NCBI RefSeq assembly: GCF_041146345.1
Contig: NW_027191413.1
Location: 1,984,001-2,048,000 of the forward strand
Reading direction: 5' to 3'
Source: Neodothiora populina
Lineage: Eukaryota
Length of the DNA stretch: 64,000 bases
The number at the start of each line of letters is the position of its first letter. Position 1 is the stretch's first letter. Both the position numbers and the translations under genes were made by a program. Below, piece after piece: positions 38,322-49,227 of the stretch. The notes below the pieces were generated by a model that worked only from the letters and a program-made list of their open reading frames with translations, was not told the origin of the DNA and did not search any database.

Positions 38322-38873
38322 GCATTTACAATACAATAGAATGGCAGTCATTCGGTTTGTAGTTACCAATGCCTACTGCGGTTCGGAGTTATGTTGCTTA
38401 TCCATATGATTGATAACATGATCACGACACATAAGGCATCCAGCATTACTGCGCAAACGAGCCAGACAGGCGGCACGAGGCAGGCGGAGTTTTGGGGCTT
38501 CGCACCTCTAAGCCCCCCACCGTTGAAAGCCTTGCCAGCCTCGCAGACGACCGCAACAACTTCAACGCTCAATTCCACATTCTCCTTCTGACAAAGTAGG
38601 TACTTCCGAGATATTGCGGAAATTGTGGTGTCATGTCGCCAGGTGTGGATCAAGCGCCTATGAAAATACAAGACAAGGTCTCAGGTATTGCATTTGTAAG
38701 GGGTAACAACTCCAGCAATGCCACTACGAGCATATATAAATGCTGTCGCAAGGTCAGCGAAGAAGTCTAAGTCAAACTCTCAAAACTATCACGCTACCAG
38801 CACCAGCCAATCACTCTAACGATCTTACTTCAGTGTCATAGCAAAAAAGTCAAGAGTGAACCGACCGTCCACA

Positions 38874-39966
38874 ATGTCTCTAAGATTGGGCTGCGCTGTC
38901 ACACCTCCTTCCCTGTTAAAAGACCCAGTTGTGCCCAAGCAAGATTGGTTGTCAACCATGAGATTTGCCTTGACCGGAGGACAATCACGACGGCCTTCAA
39001 AACCGCAACATCATTCTTTACAGCTGCATCAGAACTACGGGCACACTTCCCAAAGCAATCACATTATGGGTCATAAAGCTTCGAAACACATTTCTCGTAC
39101 ATCTTCCTACAGGGACCGCATTATGACTACGGGCATCCCGACCATACAAATCAAGTCGGCTGGAGCAGATGTGCCACCACCAGTCTACACCGCAACTATA
39201 ACTCCTGATTCCGCAGTGGTCTCATCTACTGATATTCCTGCTGACGATCCATATGATTTTTTAACCACTTTCGATACAGTCTTTTTGATTGATGACTCGG
39301 GCTCCATGGCTGGCAGATATTGGCGCGAGACCAAAGACGCCCTCGAAACAATAATCCCTGTGTGTGTCCAGCATGACGCTGATGGTATTGATATATATTT
39401 TCTGGTGAGTGCATTCCCTATATGACCAAAGTTCAATGATCTGATCGATGCTCTTCCAGAATGCCAAAGACTCACCATATCACCGGAATGTACATTCATC
39501 GGCTACCGTTCGGGAGATTTTTTCATCAGTCAAACCGCGAGGTTCAACTCCCACTGGACAGCGTCTGGATTCGATCTTGAGACCGTACCTGGAGAAATGT
39601 GCTCGGAACATCAATGCGGTCAAGCCAATGAACATAATCGTCGTCACCGATGGCGTGCCTACCGATGATGTGGAGAGTGCTCTCGTATCAGCTGCGAAGA
39701 AACTGGACAAACTCGATGCGCCGCCTTGGCAGGTCGGAGTGCAGTTCTTCCAAGTCGGTAGAGACGAAAATGCAAGAGCTCATCTCAAGCAGCTAGACGA
39801 TGAGTTGTCAGAAATTGCGGGTGGCGAAATTCGGGACATGGTAGACACCGTACCCTTCCGTTCCGCCGAGGGAGCTACACTCAGCGCCGACGGAATCCTC
39901 AAGGTTGTCCTCGGCGCGGTGAACAGAAGATTGGATCGTAGGAGAAGTACAGACTTACACCGGTGA
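38874..39966 (+). CDS. von Willebrand factor A domain protein; intron 39405-39459; start uncertain (38874, 38958 or 39066)
   Basis: FDTVFLIDDSGSM (MIDAS DxSxS), PRGSTPTG, IIVVTDG and VGVQFFQVG..LDD..RDMVDT motifs. Confidence 0.88.
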
Positions 39967-40456
39967 ACGAGCCTACAACCGCATTGGTCCAATTGATCTA
40001 TTGGTACCCGGCCACCGAAGACTGCCAGAATGCCATGAGGTCTTCTGAATCCTGACACACCCCAACAAGCCCAGGACACTGTTTCCATGTGCTTATTACA
40101 ACCACTACCATGGTATTTTCGCCTCCATCGGTGATGTAACCACCCAGATCAGTAAACCGACCCCAAGGCGCGATGATATGGCTCTAACACTGTCAAGGGC
40201 AATCATGCCAAGAGGGACAAAATGCTGAATAAAATGCGAGAAAGTCATTGTTCGAACATCCTCCAATGCTTGTTGAAGTATTGTTGAAGATCTGCCTGTC
40301 ATCAGGTTCTGCCATGAAGTCAGGAGCCGGTCAAAGTGCAACCAAGAAGCCCATACAGAGCAATGAACCATGTAAGTCAAGATCAGAGGAATGAACCATG
40401 CAAGCCATGAGTAGAGAATTATGAATACTATCACTATTGTAACTTGTGGACTTGAA

Positions 40457-42062
40457 CTATACCTGGCCACTTTCCATTATTGATTCGTCTCGAGCTGCTT
40501 TCTTGGCCCTCCTCTCTTTGAAAATGGACCCTCCACCCCAGATGACTGTGGGTACTACAGAAAATGCACTCACACATCCTAGCACAAGAGTGGTAGTGCC
40601 CCAGCCTGAATGGGCCTTTATCAAACCTGCCAAGAGGGGCCCTGCCATAGATCCAGCTGCAAAACTCATGTTGAAAAGTCCGTAGGCCTGAGCATATGCA
40701 CCGCCCTTCCCAAAATAGCCAGGTGGTCTCTTTGCTGCCTTCGCCTCCACAGCATATGTGATTTCGGCCATGAGTGGTACAAGGATCATGTCCAGTGTCA
40801 CGCCAATGAGTACCAGCAGCGCGCAAAGGAGTACTTTCTGTCGTATAGAGTCATGGTCGACCAGACGCAGCAGGATAAGTGGAGGTATTGCAAGTATGAA
40901 CCCAGCAGTACCCAACCATCGAGTGCCATACTTGTCCGCTGCCCAACCGATGATCGGTGATGTGAAAGAAGGTATAGTAAGCGGCAAAAAAATCAAGCCA
41001 GCGCCGATTGAGTCCCAATGAAAGATTTCTCGGACGCGTAGCGGCAAGATGGAATCAAAGGATGTCAATAGGGATGCTTGTACCATACATCCAAACAAGG
41101 CTGCCCCGAGTCGGCGAGATGCAAGCAAGGTAACAACGGGCGGTAGCCGTGCAACCCAACCCTTTTCTTGCTCGGACGGCAGGGCTGTAACATGATTTTG
41201 CAGGTGTTGCTCTCCTGCTGTTCCAGGATATGCAGCTGATTGTTGTTTGGTTGGATCTTTCAGGTCAAACGTCGTGTCATTTCCCTGCATCTCAGGTTGC
41301 ACAGCAGCACGCGCCACACTTTCTTTGTCGTCCGACTCGGTCTTCTCAGTAACGTCGTCTTGACTCTGCCACTTCGCTGCCACTCTCTTCTCTATTAGCG
41401 CAAAGCGTAGGACAATGTCCACACCTATAAGACCATAAGCCATGGCAAAAACATCATAATATCCGCCCCTTGAAACCAGCATTAGTTGAGATTCATCATT
41501 GTACAGCATATTAATTTCCTCACTTGTCAAACACCACACCTCCCAGCAAGGGCGCTGCGAGAATGCCCATGCTCATTGCTATGGCGACATAGCCCATGTA
41601 CTCTCCCAGTTCGTTTGTGCCGACTGTGTCAGACAACAGAGCTAGACCAACCACCCATACCACCGCGGCACTAAAGCCTTGTAGTATTCGTCCAGCGACG
41701 TAAACACCAATACTACTACCAACAGTGAGGAGTACGGTGGATCCAGCGAGCATCACCAAGCCCACGAGGAGAGACATCTTCCGCGACGACGATCTGTCTG
41801 CATACCATCCACAGATGGGACTCGCCACCAGCAGGGCTGCGCCATACACGGCGAGGAGAATGGAGACCCAAGTCTGCACATCGTCGGGCGCGATGCCAGC
41901 CCTCGACGTCAATGCAAAGGGCAATACGGGGACTACTATTCCGTAGAGAAAGATATCGGTGAAGACGGCGGCGGCGACAGTGAAAACGATGAACCAGCGC
42001 GAGCTTCGAACCTCGAGGAACGCTGGAGGGGTTGTGTCCGATCCATTCAACCAGGTAAACAT
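40457..42062 (-). CDS. MFS transporter (DHA1/vesicular amine transporter-like); intron ~41469-41524
   Basis: FTDIFLYGIVVPVLP, GWYADRSSSRK and GWAADKYGTR MFS motif A; GRILQG; AQAYGLFNMSFAAG; many TM segments. Confidence 0.9.
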
Positions 42063-42664
42063 GCTTCTACGGACAGCTTGATGTGAAAAACGGAGAGTGA
42101 TACAGTAACATCCTATGTCTACGATATGTTGCGAAGCTGCTCGCTTTTAACGAATAGTTCGAACTCTATCATTTTAGTGGTGTTGCCAGCGATATACTCC
42201 ATGAGCGTCATCTTGTCCGCGTTGATCGAAGCTTCGGTGCCCGCGGGCTCCGCGGGAGGCGAGACGTCCTTCGGTACAGCTACAGTACAGCAGTAGGCAA
42301 CTAGACACTGCCTACTATCATTTGATTGTATAACATCAGACGAAAGTGAGTGAGCTCATCGAAGGCTATAGAGTAAGGATCACCATCCAGTCAGTGAGTA
42401 ACACCGATGGTTTTCGATGAGTTGCATGGCACTTCGTGTCGCTGTCTACCTGGCCGAGAAGGATGAAGTGTTGATCAAGTCGTATTTCCGCATTCACCGG
42501 AGGCCAACGATGTCACAAACTTTGACGAGGACGGTAAGACTGCTCGGAGCATATGACTCCATTGGAACTTCCACGACACCTTCGCTCGTCTCTCGACTCC
42601 TCTGCAGCTCGCTTATGGACCATCGAACGATGATGCTTCAAGGAATCTTCCGCGAACGTATTAT

Positions 42665-44484
42665 CTACACTTTACGCACAGCTCGAGCGCGTGACATGCC
42701 TTCTCCGTATTGGTGTGTCTTTGCGAGCCCGAGTCGACAAGGATGTCCGTGTGGTAGCCTTCGCTGTTCCACCGTGTCCATTCCTCGCACATGTCCTAGA
42801 CTAGCAGCCGCGACATTCTGGCGCAGCTCGTTCCCAGTAGGTCTGTCATTAGGTAAGGGCATCAAACAACGATTTATGAGCGCCAGCAATTCTTCACTGT
42901 AGGTGGCTCCGTCTGGGAGATCGTCTGCTACGGGATACGTCCAGTCGTCCGGATCCTCTGCTTCGTCATATTTGATCTGGTGTCTGCGACGTACCTTTAT
43001 CCGCGTCTGCAGGGACACAATGCTCATCAAGACCTTGCCAATCTGCCCTATGTTAGTTTTCTCGTCAAGCATGTACGGCGGATCGAGCGGTTCCAGCTGG
43101 CTATCGGGATCCTCTGGGTCGGGCCATAGCTCCTGTACTTTATTAGTTCTGATTGTCTACGTTTTTCTCTGCAGGCAGTCCGCTTTTGCATCTTCTTACT
43201 GGAGGAATGTAGCCTTTAGTTGTGACACCTTCCAGGAATGATGTCGGGTTGTTGGCGTCAGACATGGTAGTATATCGGGCGCCTCCGTAGTCGCCAACCT
43301 TTATTTCCACGGTCAGCATGTTTCCGCCGAATCCAACACAATGCTAAGGTTAGATGACCTTTATAATCGGATATGCTCGAAATCTCAACGGATCCGCTAG
43401 ATCCAGATAGACTGTACATCTGTTAGTCCGAGCAATGCCTCCCCCCAGAATGTCGAGTATGCGTACTATTTTCGGGTTTGGTATCGCTAGATCACACATA
43501 ATGTAAGCTGGTCAAGTCTACTTTGATGAATATACTTGAAGATATCAATACTCACGTATGTACAACCTCGCCCCGAGTCTGGTCGTCAGTCGCAGCCCGA
43601 GCACGGGATCTCGTAGGCACAGTTTTCATGGCCACAGCCGCTTGAGCTAGACACTCTGCAAAGTACCATACCTAATATTGCATGTCAGATCAGTATGTCG
43701 CTCCAGGCATCCCTGTTATGAAATTGGCATCAACCTACCGCAGGCTCAGGGATAGGATGAGAGGGTTCGGATTCTTCGTCGTCAGCTCTACACAATCAAA
43801 CAATTAGTCAATAGGAGCAGCACGGCGCGAACAACCACTGCGTGCGCTCTCAATCCCAAAGTATCAACAAGGTGATTGGTTCTCCTCATACCCAGGCTTC
43901 GCATGCGCCGCAATAAGCTGCTCAAGTGACTGCTCGTAAACGCAGTAATCGGAATAAATCAACCAGCGCGTCAAGCGCTCGCTCTTGATCCACGCCCTCA
44001 TGCGCACCGAGTACTTGAAGTCACTTCGACGATTCGATACAAGACCTTGACAGAACGCCTCGCCCGGCACCAGCGCGCCGTCGTGGTTGTCTGTCGTGTC
44101 ACTGTCGTCTGGGTCTTTGTAGTATCGAGTCTTGTCGTCGTAGGCGTCGACTCCGAGTTGGATTACCTTGAGCACTGTACTGTCCGTCACGCGCTGGTAT
44201 GTGTCCTGTTATCATCATCGTCAATTCCTCTCTTCATGCTCCAGCCCTCTAATGTGATAGGCAAGTAACCTGAGAAATATACTCACGACCTTCTTGAAAA
44301 CAAGCGCCACCCCCTCGCCGCCTTCACCAATAACTTGTCCACTCCTCCACTCCCCCGCCGCAGTCGGAAGGTGTCCCGCGCCTCCGTGTCGCGGTCTGTA
44401 CTCGTTCCTAGCCGTCCGGATCAGTCTCTCTTTCTGCGTCTCGCTCAGCTCACTCCATGAAGGAACGTCTTCTTCGTCTGCCAT
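42665..44484 (-). CDS. Divergent Ser/Thr protein kinase, ~438 aa; exons 44484-44287, 44205-43892, 43787-43739, 43671-43556, 43486-43467, 43411-43359, 43298-43200, 43132-42665
   Basis: Manual splicing keeps the frame (1317 nt) and gives IGEGGEGVA, VLK, PEPAVWY, HTDTKPEN, VGDYG, GYIPPE, TNIGQIG and RCLMPLPNDRP. Confidence 0.82.
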
Positions 44485-45230
44485 TTGCAGATTTTCTCTG
44501 TCCCTTTCGAGTCCCTCGGATTTGTTGCTTATGCGACGATGGTCAACTTTCTGATGACTGCACTTTTTGTCCCTCGGTCTTGACTCTTATCGCTTCGTCC
44601 ACGAGACGGCTATTGTCTTCTGGTACGCCGAGAGCAAGATGGAAAGGTCAAGGCGGACGCGGTATGGAATCCTATCCGTCATCATCAATCGTCCCATTGT
44701 GTCACGAGCATCATCCACAGCCGGATCCGGAGCGCGTTTCTTTGTCTTCGGATCACCGTTCGTTCTCGGCCTTTGTTGCGCACTCTCGAGTATCTAGATC
44801 TCAACGGGAATAAACGATGATCCTGTTTGCGTCGTCGTTAGAAATAGGATCAGAGGATGTGTGCGTGCTTGGCCAGAGGACTCATGGATGCAAGCAGCGC
44901 TGAGGCCATTTTCTTGCTTGTCCTGCAGCATTTTGTTTATCGAGAATCGAGCACTTTGGCTGTAGCTTTGGATGGTTGGGGGAAAGGAAGTGAAGATGGA
45001 TTTCCTGCCCGTGAAAGAGTAATTGAGTTCTACAGACGTATATATAGTGAACAAGCGTATGAAAACAAGCATAACCTGCAATCAGAACGTATTGCGCATA
45101 ATTCGAAGGGACAAGAAACAATTTAAAAGCAAGTAAAGACTAGCGATATACTCCAGAGTACGAGGAAAGAGTGGGCAGCAGCTGGAAACACAACAACACA
45201 CAGAGCAGATGCAAGCAGCAAATCGAGCGT

Positions 45231-47528
45231 TCAACGCGTTGCACCACGGGGAGGCACGTCCGCTTGCGCGTTCGTTGGCAGAACTGTGGACCTGGTTCTC
45301 CTTACCAGCGAAGGGATCTGCATACCTACAGCGTATTCGTCTTTCATAGACATGTGAAGCCATTGGTTCATCTTGTCGTGTCCGAACGCGGCCACGGTGT
45401 CCATGCCCTGCGCACGTTGACCTATGATCTCTCGAAAGTACTCTTGCAGGTCTTCTGGCGACGGTCTGACGTGCCACACGGGGTGGATACATTGTTCCAT
45501 TGCGTTGATCAGATCTCCGGAGTAAAGAGCTCGAGCGCGCGCACCCACTTCGGGGATGCAATGATTTAGGTCAACGTCGCCCAGGGTGGGCCAATCCATT
45601 TGTTGCGGGTCGTTACCGTCGCCCTTTAGAAGTGCAAATATGACCATTCCGATTTGATATATGTTGGTCCACGCACCCAGTCGCCATCGCGGATTTGTAA
45701 TTGCATAGAGCTCAGGACTTCTATATCCTCGTGTTTGCGCCTGGCCGTCGAAGGCATCTGGGTTGTCTGGATCGTGATCATGTGTCAATACTGCCGAGCC
45801 AAAATCACCAAGGTGCGCACTTGGGTACCATGGGAACAACGTCTCTCGAGGGCCACCATTAGCAGGTCCCCCGAGAAATACGTTGGCAGGCTTGATGTCA
45901 ATATGGACAACGTTGGTGCCAGCAGGCGAACCGGGTGGTAAATGAGGTGGATATTTCATGCTTATAGCTGCGTTCGCCAAACACTGGAACACATACCATA
46001 TTGCAGGCTCAGGGACATGTCCATTGGCGGGCTTGACGATCTCACGAACAAAGCCATCCGCCAAGTAAATTTTGAAAATCGCAGCTTTGTGCTGTGCCAT
46101 GACCATTTCCCAAAGATCGCCGTAGGGATAGTAGTTCATATAAGTGCGATATGTGCTTTGCTCTCGTTGCACACTGAATCCGTATATTGTCACTGTGTTC
46201 GTTCTGTGTCGGAACTCGTTGTTGTGCTCACTGTTGACCATATAGTTCATGGATGCCTCATGGGGTTCGCCGTAGAGAACACCATCCCGCCAAGTAGAGG
46301 GGTGGTCGAAATTTTGCGGGGATAGAACACTTTCCTTGACAACCATGCGACTGACGACCCTGCCATGGTTGTCGTATTGGACCCAAAGAGCCGCAGCGCC
46401 TTGGCCGCCGGATCCAAGGATTTTGACCCCTCTCCAATTGGCCTCGGTGTGATTGTTCAGTCTGTGGCCGGTGAGCAGCATCCTCCGCTTGAGAGTTCTT
46501 CGTCGTCTGTCATGCATCGCTCTGAATGCTTGAATGGCTCCTTGCATCATTTGCGCGGCCCTTCCTTGAGGCGCTACGTCTTGCGGCCTTGCACGAGTAG
46601 CTCCTGGACTGATTTGCGACGAGCTAGACGCTTGATTCACAGCTTGCCCAGTTCCCCCTGAGGCAAAAGGCGTGATGAAGCGAGGTGGACCGGCAGCACT
46701 TGTCGGGTCTGCTGAGGGCACTGCTGGATTTGCTGGAGGCACTACTGGAGGCACTACTGAAGGCACTACTGAAGGCACTACTGAAGGCACTACTGAAGAC
46801 ACTGCTGGTGGTACTGCTGGGGCTGCTGCCTGAGATTTTGCTGGCAAGGGCTCTGGCAAGGCATCCCCAGAATCTCTGAAAAGCGGTCGAAGCGCGGCTC
46901 GGGGCCACGAAGATTGCGGGGCTTGAGAACCGGCGCCAGCACCTCTTGAGGGTGACGGAGGCCGTGGAGGCTCTCGGGAGCCTAAGGATAGCGGGTCGGT
47001 ATTTACGACTCTGTAGTTTCTGGGGGGTGATGGCGGCACCTGTGGACCGACGGCCGATGGACCGGATGAATAGATTGCCACAGAGCTTCCTCGAGTAGCA
47101 GCGCCCGCCTGAGGACCTGTTGGTAGCGAGCCCAGCGGAATCCCGGCGGCATCACTTCCTTGATTAGATGTTCCTGGTAGGGGATTTGTATTCACCACAG
47201 GTATCAGATTTGGGTCAACAGCAGGGAGGTTTCCTAGAGTAGTGACCCCTGCTGGTGGACTCGGTGCTCGTGCCGCTTGGACATCGTTTCCAGGACCTAT
47301 CGAAGCAGAACTTCTTCTTCGAAACAAAGTGTTAAGTCGGATTGCTCCAAATGATTGAGACAGTCCAGTGCCTGAATCTCTTTGAGCGAAATGACCATGT
47401 CTTCTGTCACGGCCAGCTTGTCTTCGAAGCCTACGTGGTCTTGGTCTACACATGATTGGAGATCTGTTCAAGGGTGTACTCGAGTGGCATTCGGATGGAA
47501 GAGAAGCTGAACACTTTAAATCTTCCAA
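45231..47528 (-). CDS. Divergent Ser/Thr protein kinase with a long disordered N-terminus, intronless (start uncertain)
   Basis: LGSGGQGAA, VVKE, PEPAIWY, HIDIKPAN, LGDFG, GYRSPE, TNIYQIG and VRP motifs. Confidence 0.88.
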   Translation of the reverse strand: MEDLKCSASLPSECHSSTPLNRSPIMCRPRPRRLRRQAGRDRRHGHFAQRDSGTGLSQSFGAIRLNTLFRRRSSASIGPGNDVQAARAPSPPAGVTTLGNLPAVDPNLIPVVNTNPLPGTSNQGSDAAGIPLGSLPTGPQAGAATRGSSVAIYSSGPSAVGPQVPPSPPRNYRVVNTDPLSLGSREPPRPPSPSRGAGAGSQAPQSSWPRAALRPLFRDSGDALPEPLPAKSQAAAPAVPPAVSSVVPSVVPSVVPSVVPPVVPPANPAVPSADPTSAAGPPRFITPFASGGTGQAVNQASSSSQISPGATRARPQDVAPQGRAAQMMQGAIQAFRAMHDRRRRTLKRRMLLTGHRLNNHTEANWRGVKILGSGGQGAAALWVQYDNHGRVVSRMVVKESVLSPQNFDHPSTWRDGVLYGEPHEASMNYMVNSEHNNEFRHRTNTVTIYGFSVQREQSTYRTYMNYYPYGDLWEMVMAQHKAAIFKIYLADGFVREIVKPANGHVPEPAIWYVFQCLANAAISMKYPPHLPPGSPAGTNVVHIDIKPANVFLGGPANGGPRETLFPWYPSAHLGDFGSAVLTHDHDPDNPDAFDGQAQTRGYRSPELYAITNPRWRLGAWTNIYQIGMVIFALLKGDGNDPQQMDWPTLGDVDLNHCIPEVGARARALYSGDLINAMEQCIHPVWHVRPSPEDLQEYFREIIGQRAQGMDTVAAFGHDKMNQWLHMSMKDEYAVGMQIPSLVRRTRSTVLPTNAQADVPPRGATR
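46736..46807. repeat. 12-bp coding tandem repeat (VVPS/VVPP) x~6
   Basis: (g/a)aggcactactg units. Confidence 0.85.
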
Positions 47529-47793
47529 TGAGTTCGGTGTTGATCCAACCTTAAAGGGAAAGATTTATCTTTGTTCCAGGATAGCACAAAACGCCGGATC
47601 CGTCGAAAATTACCGTTCATTGTCGCCCATTACATTGCGAGACATGACAGGCTTGACGATCGAAAGTCGTAGGGAGCTTGAGCAAAGACCTACCCCTGCT
47701 CATGGATGGGTAGAGCGAAGATACTGCGCTTTGTTCATATCATTGCAGAGAACAAAAAATCAATTAGAAGGCTCGACAAGTGTGCAAGATTGC

Positions 47794-49227
47794 TCAATCC
47801 CTCCGTCGCCGCTTGGTTGAGTTGTTGGAGGAATGGCCATTGGTTGCAGGCTGCTCGTCCATAGTGTCGTCCTCATCATCTACCCAATCAGTTTGGTCAC
47901 CTTGGCTCTTACGCCGGTATTGACCAGTGCCAATTGCGATGATTTCGTCTTCACTGTCACTTGCGTCGATGTCTAAGAGAACTGGCATGCGGAACTCGTT
48001 GGCGACTTGACCAGGCTTTGGTGGGTCGACAGTCAAGACATCGACGTCCTCATCCTCCAAATCAAGACGGCGTTTGTGAAGCTCCTCAATCGGATGGATG
48101 TCAAACTCGTCTTCCTTCTCGATGTATTCCACGTTCTCTTCCACTTCCGCAAAGTCTGGAGCGAGAGCAGACCACCTCTGAGGTGTATTCACAGACCAAA
48201 GATATATTCGGCCTGACTCGACCCCGACTGCAGCGACAAAAGGGCGTTGCGGGTGCCATTCGACCGCACCCAGCTCTTCCTTGGGACCTTCCAGGATCTT
48301 GACCAGACTGCCATGCCCGCGCTCCCATATATACACATCATGATTCATGAGTGTTGATGCCATGACATAATCGCCGGTCGAGCTGAAGGCGACATGGTTC
48401 CACGACAACCTGTTGACCACGTCCTGGAATTTGTGTTCGACGTCAAGGCGAATGTTGTCTGGATCTAGCTTCGGGTCGGAGAAGTCAGGGAGCTTGATGG
48501 TCCGGATGATGCTGTCAGCGGCATTGACGAGGAGATCACGTCCGGACGGAGTGAGGCGTAACAGAAGAAGGGCCTTTGCGCTCAGGCGCACCGAGTATAT
48601 GACGGTACAAGTCTTTGCGTCGACGATGTTCAGCCAACCCTTGGTAGTGCCAGTAATAATGTGGTTGCCAGATGGGGTAAAAAGAGCAACGGTAGTGACA
48701 TTCTTTGCATCTTGCGCGGCTTGTTTCTCACTATTGGCTTCCTGGTCGTAGGAAGATCTTTTAGGCAGACTAGGAAGGGTTCGTTTCACGGCGATGGTGT
48801 TAGACATATCCGCCAGCACTGGTTGATCTTCGTACAGCGCAGCAGCGCAAAGCAAGTGATTGCTAGGGTGCAGTTCAGCGATGAAGACGGGAGCGCCGAA
48901 GTTGATGGTGCGGATGCGAGAGCCGTCCTTGAGATCCCAGAGGATGCCTTTCCAATCAACCGATGAACTGAGCAGATAGCGGCCGGAAGATGACCAGCTC
49001 AATGACTGTACTTGACGGCCGGGGGTGTGGCCACGAAGTTTGCGAGCGACGCCATTGGTTTCCAGGTCAAAAATGGCGATGGCGCCTTTGGCGGTGCCAG
49101 AAGCGAGGAGATCTCCTTGACGACTGAATCTCAGGCAGACAGCGGTGCCTGAGCTGCGCAATCGAGCGATGAGTGCTTCGGGAATGTCCTGAGCGAGAAT
49201 AAAGGGATCAACGAGTGCGAGATTCAT
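47794..49227 (-). CDS. SWD1: COMPASS/Set1C WD40 subunit Swd1 (RBBP5)
   Basis: MNLALVDPF, EHKFQDVVNRLSW, GSLVKILEGPKEEL and WSALAPDFAEVEENVEYIEKEDEFD motifs. Confidence 0.96.
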   Translation of the reverse strand: MNLALVDPFILAQDIPEALIARLRSSGTAVCLRFSRQGDLLASGTAKGAIAIFDLETNGVARKLRGHTPGRQVQSLSWSSSGRYLLSSSVDWKGILWDLKDGSRIRTINFGAPVFIAELHPSNHLLCAAALYEDQPVLADMSNTIAVKRTLPSLPKRSSYDQEANSEKQAAQDAKNVTTVALFTPSGNHIITGTTKGWLNIVDAKTCTVIYSVRLSAKALLLLRLTPSGRDLLVNAADSIIRTIKLPDFSDPKLDPDNIRLDVEHKFQDVVNRLSWNHVAFSSTGDYVMASTLMNHDVYIWERGHGSLVKILEGPKEELGAVEWHPQRPFVAAVGVESGRIYLWSVNTPQRWSALAPDFAEVEENVEYIEKEDEFDIHPIEELHKRRLDLEDEDVDVLTVDPPKPGQVANEFRMPVLLDIDASDSEDEIIAIGTGQYRRKSQGDQTDWVDDEDDTMDEQPATNGHSSNNSTKRRRRD

